From: an uncultured virus (IMG/VR IMGVR_UViG_3300025502_000006)
Taxonomy: Duplodnaviria; Heunggongvirae; Uroviricota; Caudoviricetes
IMG/VR virus record: IMGVR_UViG_3300025502_000006
Direction: 5' to 3' (one strand)
DNA length: 57,673 nt
Part shown: one piece after another, positions 46,001-55,000 of the stretch
Layout of the letters: every line of letters starts with the position of its first letter
How positions within the stretch are numbered: position 1 is the stretch's first letter
The notes under the pieces: generated by a model
The model's database searches: none
What the model was told of the DNA's origin: nothing
What the model saw: only the letters and a program-made list of their open reading frames with translations
Program-made: the position numbers and the translations under genes

Positions 46001-49000
46001 TATGCTAAGGGCACAATCGTAACTTACAAAGCCAAATATTGGACAGCGATCAAAACAATAGAACCATCGGCAGTATTTGCAGAACTTGATTGGGTTGAAA
46101 CAGATTACGATCAGATACAAAAAGGCTTATTACCTAACTCATCAACTCGTTCTTACGAAAGTACGTTGTACTATGACAGTACTAAAGCAAATTTAGAATC
46201 AGATGCAGACCAATTGTCTTTCTCTCTAATTGGATTTAGACCAAGAGATTATCTGGCTACAATTAATCTTACTGACATTACACAAGTCAATGTCTATAAA
46301 AACTTAATTAAAACAAAGGGTACGCCAAATTCAATCTCTGCCTTTAAGGGTGCTAAATTAGCAACAGGCGGAATTGATTATGATGTTTTCGAAAACTGGG
46401 GAATCCTGTCAGGTGAATTCGGTGGCACATTAAATAATAACTTTGCTGATTTCAAATTGAATGAAACAAAACTAACAGGTAATCCTTCTATCGTATCACT
46501 GACAACTGGTACACCGACTATTGGCTCTCAACAAGAAGTGCCTCTTGGAAACTTGTTTAATTATTCAAGACCTATTACATCGCCGCAAATCTTATCGACG
46601 CTTGGAGTAGAATCTCCTCTTAGTTTATATCCTACAGCCGGGTTTGTCAACTACAATGATGTTAAAATGGCATCATACTACTATGCAAATTTACCAACTG
46701 CAAGAAATGCAGAAGCTATTCCAGTACCAATCAATGATTTTTATGTAAGAGATTTTGTTTGGTTAGCAAACTTCAAAGAAAACTGGAGAGTTTATGCATG
46801 GAAGCCAGTGGGCAGAGTAACAGCAGTGACACCCAACACAGATAATACAACTACAATTACATTTGCTAATCCTCACGGTTTGTCAAAATTAGATCCAGTG
46901 TCATTCATTAACGTATCATCTACGGTCAATGGATATCATATCATAACACGTGTTAATACTCTAACTGAAGTAACAATCAATCTAACACTAGCAGAGCAAC
47001 CACAGAACTTAGCTGGCAACGGAATCGGCTTGACATTTGTTGATCAAAGAGTAGCTAAACCTGCTGATATCAACACAATGGATTTAAACGAAGCAGAGTT
47101 TACGCAAAACACTGTTTGGGTAGACGAAGCAACAGATGGTCAGTGGGGCGTTTATCGAAAGTCTATTAATTATGATTTAACAAAGAATTTAAATCGTGCT
47201 GATGGACAAACATTTGGTAGTGCAGTAGCATATACAGCTAGAATGGGTTATTTAATAGGTGATTCGACAGCAGGCAAGGTCTATCGTTATGGATACAACA
47301 CTGCTACTAAAGAATTTGATTTAGATGCAGGTAGCACACTAACAGGTAGTCTGTCATTCGGTAGTAAAATTGAATATTCAGGTAATCTATTTGTTATTAC
47401 TGAACCAGACAACGGTACATCAGGCTTAGCGCAATCAAAAGTTAGAATCTACACATTAAATGATACAGTTTTAAGCGATGACATTACATTGCTACAAACA
47501 ATTACATTCGCTGGTAACTATGCTGATAGCATTGCCCTAAGTGATGATAAAGAATGGCTCTATATTGGTGACACAACGACCAGTGGTAGAATTCGTGCAT
47601 ATCGTAGACAACACATACCATTACTTGCTGGATTCTTTGAAACAACTGAAACATATGAAATTACAAGCGTGGGCACAACAGATTGGAAAGCAATCGGTGC
47701 ATTAGACAACAAAGTCGGTATTGTTTTTGTTGCAACTGGCGTTGGTTCCGGTACAGGAACAGCAAATCAAATAACATATCAGGCTTTACCCACTACGATA
47801 GAAGGCTCAACTGCACCTGTCAGTGCTATTACAGGCGACAACTTTGGTTATGCCATATCAACTGACAACAACGGAGATACAATTTCTGTTAGTGCTCCTA
47901 ACAAAGCATCACCGACTGCAAAATCAAATTGGGGTAGCAACTATATCTATTCACGTTTGGTTCAAAACATTGAAACACAATACAATGCTCAGCCAGCACA
48001 ACCGTATAATTTTAATCAGGCGTGGACCACATTGCATGTCGCTAGAACAGCAAACGATGTAACCAGCAACGTAATCACCTTTGTAGGCACTGCGATAACG
48101 GCAGACTTTACAAATAGACCTGTCGTGTTCAATGTAGGTGGAACTTATGGTGATTCGGGTATATCCCCTAATCAAGTATACTACATGCAATATATTTCAG
48201 CACAATCGTTCTCACTTAAAACAACCAGATCAACTATTGATGTGATCACACTTGTCGATGACGCTACCGCTGATTTTATACTATATGATCAAGCAGATTC
48301 GTTACACGTTTCAGTCAATGGCACATTTGTCGATGACAACAATTATGCATCTATCGGAACAATCTTTAGATACTTCGGATCACTTATAGCAGGTGATATT
48401 GTTACTGTTGGTAGCAATGTGTTCACTTGGGTTCAAACAATGAACTCTTCACTCGACGAAAGAGTAGGCACACAGTTTGGCTATGATAATGCCATGACAT
48501 CGTTCGGAAGCGAAATATTAGTAGGAGCACCTGGAGAAATTCGAATTGCAGGTGAAGTACAGACTGATGGATCAGTCTACAGATATACAAATGGCGGTGG
48601 CAAGTATGGCACAGTAATCGGCACTGGTGATTGCACTCTAACCGCTGACAGAAAATTATTAATCAACGGTTATCTTGTCCAACTAGTGAGTGGTTCAACT
48701 GCAACAGAAATTGCAAGCCTTATTAACGAGTACTCTATAACAAACGTAGTCGCATCTGCAACGGTAGATAACAAACTTGTCATCTCGGTTACTAATACTA
48801 ATTTAGCATTGATTAACGAAAAACTTCTGTTACAGGCGCCAAACACGGATACATTCGGTGAATTAGGCATCCCTGTTTACACAAACACTCAAGTTATTAC
48901 TGCCCCTCACAATGAGAGCAGAACATTATTTGGTAATACAATTGAGTTTAATGAAAGTGACTCAGTTGTTATTTCAGCTCCAGCATCAACTCGCTATTTA

Positions 49001-52000
49001 GGAACGACATTCGACTTTATAGATGACTCGAATTTAGACAATGATACATTATTTGATAACAACGCAACACGCTTTGTCGATACGTGGGACAACGCTGGTG
49101 CAGTATACATGTATGATTATCTTGCTAACTACAATGGCTCAGTCGCTAATTCTGGTAAATTTGTCTATGCACAAAACATAAACAACACAGATCAAAACTA
49201 TGGCTTCCAACCATTATACGGCACATCATTAGATTTTTCTGACAACAAAGTTGTTATCGGTACACCAAACTTAAGTTACGGAGATTTAGAAGGTCAAATC
49301 ACAGTATATGAAAATGCAAGCGGCCTTAAGGATTGGGCATTGCATAGACAATCATCAGCGGTGGTTGATATTAATAAAATACAAAACGCACAAATTTATA
49401 GTGCAGAAACAAATGACACGTTAATCAATTTAGATTACATCGATCCTATGCAAGGTAAATTGCTAGGAGCAGTCAGAGAAAACTTAGACTTTGTTAACAA
49501 CGTCGATCCAGCATACTACAATGCAGAACTTGGTGGCGTTAATGCAGGACTTATTTGGGGGATTCGACAAGTAGGAAATCTTTGGTTTGATACAACTAAT
49601 GTGAGATGGTTAAACTATCACCAAAATGATGTAGAGTACAATGCTAGACATTGGGGAAGAGTCTTCCCTGGTTCGCGAGTTTCTGTTTGCACGTGGGTTA
49701 GAAGTAATGTTTCTCCTGACAGATACACAGGTCCTGGAACACCTAGGAGTCTAACACAATATAGTGTTGAAGCATCATTGAATGCATCAAACACCGTTAT
49801 CCCTACTTACTATTTCTGGGTCCTCAATACTGACACAGTAATGTCGGCCGAAGGCAAAACGCTCAGTGATACTACATTAGAAAACTATATTAGAAATCCA
49901 AGACTGTCTGGTATCGCATACTTTGTTCCACTATTGCAGAACACATTTGCTCTATATAACACAGGCGAATATGTTAATAATACTGACAGTGTTTTCCATA
50001 TAGGCTTTGCAACAGGAAACAACGATGATCCTTCTCATCAAGAATTTAATTTAATTAGAGCAAACTTCTCTGATGACTTCTTACCAGGTCTACCAAAGTT
50101 TGGCGTACAAACACCTTCAAACAGCCCACGTGGACTATATGATCGTTTATTAGATTCGCTGTCAGGGGTGGATGAAATTGGAGAAGTAGTACCGAATCCA
50201 TATTTACCGAAAGCAGTTCAGTCAGGTGTATTGTCTCGACCAAGACAGAGTTTCTTCTTTAGTAGATTCCTAGGCTTAGAAAATTACTTAAATTATGCAA
50301 ACACAGTACTTGCACAATTTCCAATAGCTGAAACACGACAAGACGCGACATACCTGTCCAAGACAGGTACATATTATGACACGACAACTTACTGGGAATA
50401 TGTTAACTGGTGGCTGCCTACTACCAACCCAGTTGGACAGTACAATAATAACACTAAGTCAACAGCATCAGTAGCAATCTATGCAGACTTGGCCGCACTT
50501 GTGGTTGATGCAGGTACTATTGTGACTGTTGAAACAAACGGAAATGGCAAGTGGGAAGTATATCGGTTTGATGGTAATGGTGTGTGGACTCGCATCGGGT
50601 TAGAAAATGGCACGATTAAATTCAAAATATATTTATGGGATTACGCCGCAGGCAAAACAGGCTTCGGAGAGAATTTCTTTGATACAGACACATATGATGA
50701 TTATCCGAGTGAAGAAACACGTTGGATTATTCGTGCGTTGAACGAACAAATTTATATTGATGAACTTGTATCATTTAGAAACAAGTCGTTGATTATTTTG
50801 TTTGAATACATTCAAAGTGAAACAGATGAATCACAGAATTACTTACCTTGGTTGACCAAAACATCTCTGGTTGATGTATCACATGTGATCAGAGACTTAG
50901 AACCAATTCAAAACTATCAAGGTGATAACCAAGACTTCTTAGCAGGTTATATTAACGAAGCAAAACCTTATCACGTAGTTATTAAAGACTTCTTGTTTAA
51001 GTACACAGGGTTAGATACCTGGCAAGGCAATGTTACTGATTTTGATCTACCTGCCGAATATCAGACTAGTTCATTGTCGTATGTTTCTCCTCAATTAGTT
51101 TATCAAAATGCAAATTCGAACGCACAGTTTTTACCAATTGATCCGATTTGGTCTAGTCCTCAATATACTAGCTGGTATAATAATTACGGCGTGTCAATCA
51201 CGGGTATTCCAGATTACCAACTAACTGTATTGGGAGAATACATGACACTTGGTTCAACATTCTTGTTTGTTGACAACGCACAGGGCTTCCCGATTAACGG
51301 AATAATTCAAATTGGTACAGAAATTATCGGTTACTCGTCTGTTGATCGTGCATTAAATTTACTGAGTGGACTACAACGCGGCATTAACGGAACTACAGCA
51401 GTTGCACACATACCAGGCGCAAAAGTTTTCATGGATCTTCCTGCAGTAATAGTTTTAGATGGTGGCAAGAATTATATCGAACCTCCAGAAATTACAGCAT
51501 ACATAGATACAACAAACTACCCAGAACCTAGGGTATTAGCACAACTCGAAGCAGTGATGAGCGTTGGTTCAGTGATCAGCGTGAACGTTATAAACCCTGG
51601 CGAAGGGTACGCTGTTTTACCAGAAATCAGAATTGCTCCCGCAGACCAGTTGTTTTTTGCAAACGCAGATATCAACTCTACATTACATACGATTAAACTG
51701 TTTGCTCCTAATATAATGACAGGTGATTTAATACAATACAAAGATGCAATCGCTGGCGCGGCAGTTGGCAAGCTAGTAAACGACCAATGGTATTATATCA
51801 ATGTACTTGAAACAAACCCGACTACGATTGTTGCATTGTACACAAATTACAATGATGCAGTAACAGAAACAAGCAGAGTTAAACTTGTCGCTGGTACAGT
51901 CGATGGGGACTTCGCATTGAATATAGGCGCGAAAGCATCAGCAATTACCAGTTCATCACCGGTGAGACAAAATCAACTCGCGATGCGATTCGATAGAACT

Positions 52001-55000
52001 ACTTACAAAAGTCAAATCACCGATTGGGAAACAAATGTATATTACGGATCATTCTTCGCAGGAGGCTACTTTAATAGCGAGAATGTATCGTCTTCTTCTA
52101 TATCATTGCAAGCATCGCAACCTCCAATTACTTCGATTGCGGCCTCGGCTGAAGGCGCAATATTTGAAATAGCAGATATTAGTAATAACCAAGACATATT
52201 GTACACTACCTTTGCCCGTAGAGTTACAAACACCACCGCAACCGGAAACAAGATTACATTGAATCCATATGATGAGGGTACAGGTGCAGTAAACTCATCT
52301 GGTTCAACAATTGGCTTCACTGTCGGTATGCCGATTAAGTTCTCTGGTGCTACTATAGGTAATATTATAGCAGGTACAGTCTACTATGTCAAGTCTGTTG
52401 ATAGCATAACTGAGTTTACAATCAGCGCCACTAATGGTGGAACAACATTTGTAGTAACCGATGCAACGGCACCGTTATCTGGTATAGATGCATTTGCAGG
52501 TGAAGTAACAGACACGGCCGTTTTGACATTAAACTATCCAGGTATGTTAATAGTCACAGCTACAGCATCGACATCAAATAAAATCACAATCCCACAAAGT
52601 ATTATAGGTACAGGTGGTACTGATGGCTTCTATCCAGGCATTCCATTATTCTTTACCGGAACGACTTTCGGTGGCATTTTAGAAGATGATGTTTACTATG
52701 TAACTACAGTGGTTGATAATGAAACTATCACTCTCGGTGCATCAGCGACATCAGTTAGTACTACTGTTTTAGGAACAACTACATCCACGAATGTAGTCAC
52801 GGTGTCTAGTACAACAGGCTTCGCAGTTAACGATGCAGTTATCTTTAACAACATGCGTAATTTATCTACGAATTTAGTGGCATTATCGTATGGCGGAATT
52901 GTATCGGGTACTTTATACTACGTCAATGAAGTTGTGTCAGATACTGAATTAAAAATAGCAACACAGATAAATGCTGGCGTATTAGCATTATCTGATGCAT
53001 TTCTTATTGACGCGGGATCATTCACGATTGGTAACACATACCAAATTGTCACTGTAGGAACAACGATCTTCACAGACATAGGCGCAATCAATAATACTGT
53101 AGGTACAGTGTTCATTGCAACCGGAGTGGGCGCAGGCACTGGCGTAGCAACTTCTACTACTGCTTTACTAGGAAATCAAAAAGATACGTTGGACCTAACA
53201 ACAGCAACCGGCGCAATGACAATGAATGTGTCATTGCCAATAGCACCTGGACAAGTTACTGGTCAGCAGTTTACACTTTATAATACCTCTTCGTTCTATT
53301 CTGATATTACGACTGGTGTATTATCAAACACAATCGATAGAGCGTGTTATGCTACTCTCGAGGGTGATGTTGGGGAAGGTACAAACGATAGAATTGCATT
53401 AAGCAGTGTAGATAAAGGAACAGTTAATTTTTACGTTGGTATGCCATTAGAATTCAATACTGTCCCAGTTGGTTCAGGACTAGCAACTGGGACAACTTAC
53501 TATGTTAGAGATTTTTCAGACTCAGATGATAAAACTACCTACATCTCAGTCTCATGCTCAAACACATCGTCATCAACAAATGAAATCACTTGTTTAGATA
53601 CTTCATCGTTGTGGGTAAATATGCCGATCATATTCTCTGGCATTGGTTTAGGAAACATTATCATTGGCGATCAGTATTACATCAAAACAATAGTAAACGC
53701 AACACGCTTTACTATTGCAACAACACCAGCTGACAGTGCTTATGTCTTACTAACAGATAATGGTGCGATGACAGGTACTGGTAGTCCTTGGATACGATTA
53801 AACGACATCTCTGATGCAATCATACCGATTAGCGCAAACACAACCACGGTGTTTAGTTTAACACAAACTCCAACTACAAGTGCTATAGTTGATATGGCTT
53901 TCAAGTTGGGTGGGTACAGAGCAATACTAAGCAATGCTGGCGTAGGCTATGCAATTACTAACAAGATCACAATATCAGGTGCAGAAATAGGCGGAACAGC
54001 TCCTGAGAATGATGCTACGTTAGAAGTCAACACTATTAGTTCAACTGGTGCAATTACAAGTCTAATTGTTTCAGGAGATCCAGCAGATAAAGTTACTCAG
54101 TATTTCTTAAAGATCACTACTGCGAACCAACTTGAAGTTTACTCAGATGCAAGAATGACTGTTCCAGTTAGTGGTATTGGATTTGACTTTGTAGGATTTA
54201 CATCCACTGATGTAGTAGAAACATTTGAACCATCAAACAAGATCGAACTGACAGACATTTCTGGATTTGCAGTCAATGATGAAATAGTATTCATGGGAAC
54301 TATCCCAGTGGACGGTGGCGGTAACCCATATTTCGCCTCTACTACAACGACTTCATATTATATTAAAACAATAGATACGGCCGACGATACTATTCAAATA
54401 TCATTAGACCCAGGTGGAAGTGTTATTAATGTCGCAGTCTCATCAGTGTCACCAATCACTGGGTTAACTATTGCCAAAGCAGGTAGCTATGCGTTCTTAC
54501 CAGAACCTTTCTACTTCAATCAGTCAATTGTAAAATACCTAAACAGAGTTTACAGATGCACTATCTCAAACAATGACACCGAATTCGTTATTGGTAAATG
54601 GGAAGAACTGCGATCAGATGATCGTGTCCTAAATGCACTGGATAGAGTAGAAGGATATTATCGACCGACTGTTAACATGCCTGGCCTTGACCTTACTCAA
54701 TTGTTTAGTGGCGTGACGTATCCAAATGCGGTTTACTTAGGTAATGCATTTGCACCTGAAGATCAATACAGCATAGATACAGAATTAAAAGGCCAAGACT
54801 TCTATCCAACAGGTGTTTCAATTACATCTGTACTTTGGGACGGCACGAATTATTTCGCATCGTCTAATTTAAGCACTTACTCAGGACTGCTAACATCAGG
54901 TGCAGGTACTAATTGGACAATTAAACAAATCGCCAGTTCTGTTGTTGGTATAACTGATATTGTACTGGGCGCCGGCATTTATGTCATGTCTTCTACAAAC

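Noticed and set aside
41985..53934. Short 60-93 aa ORFs within the giant gene
   Set aside because: They are alternative-frame or antisense by-products of one long coding frame and have no independent support.
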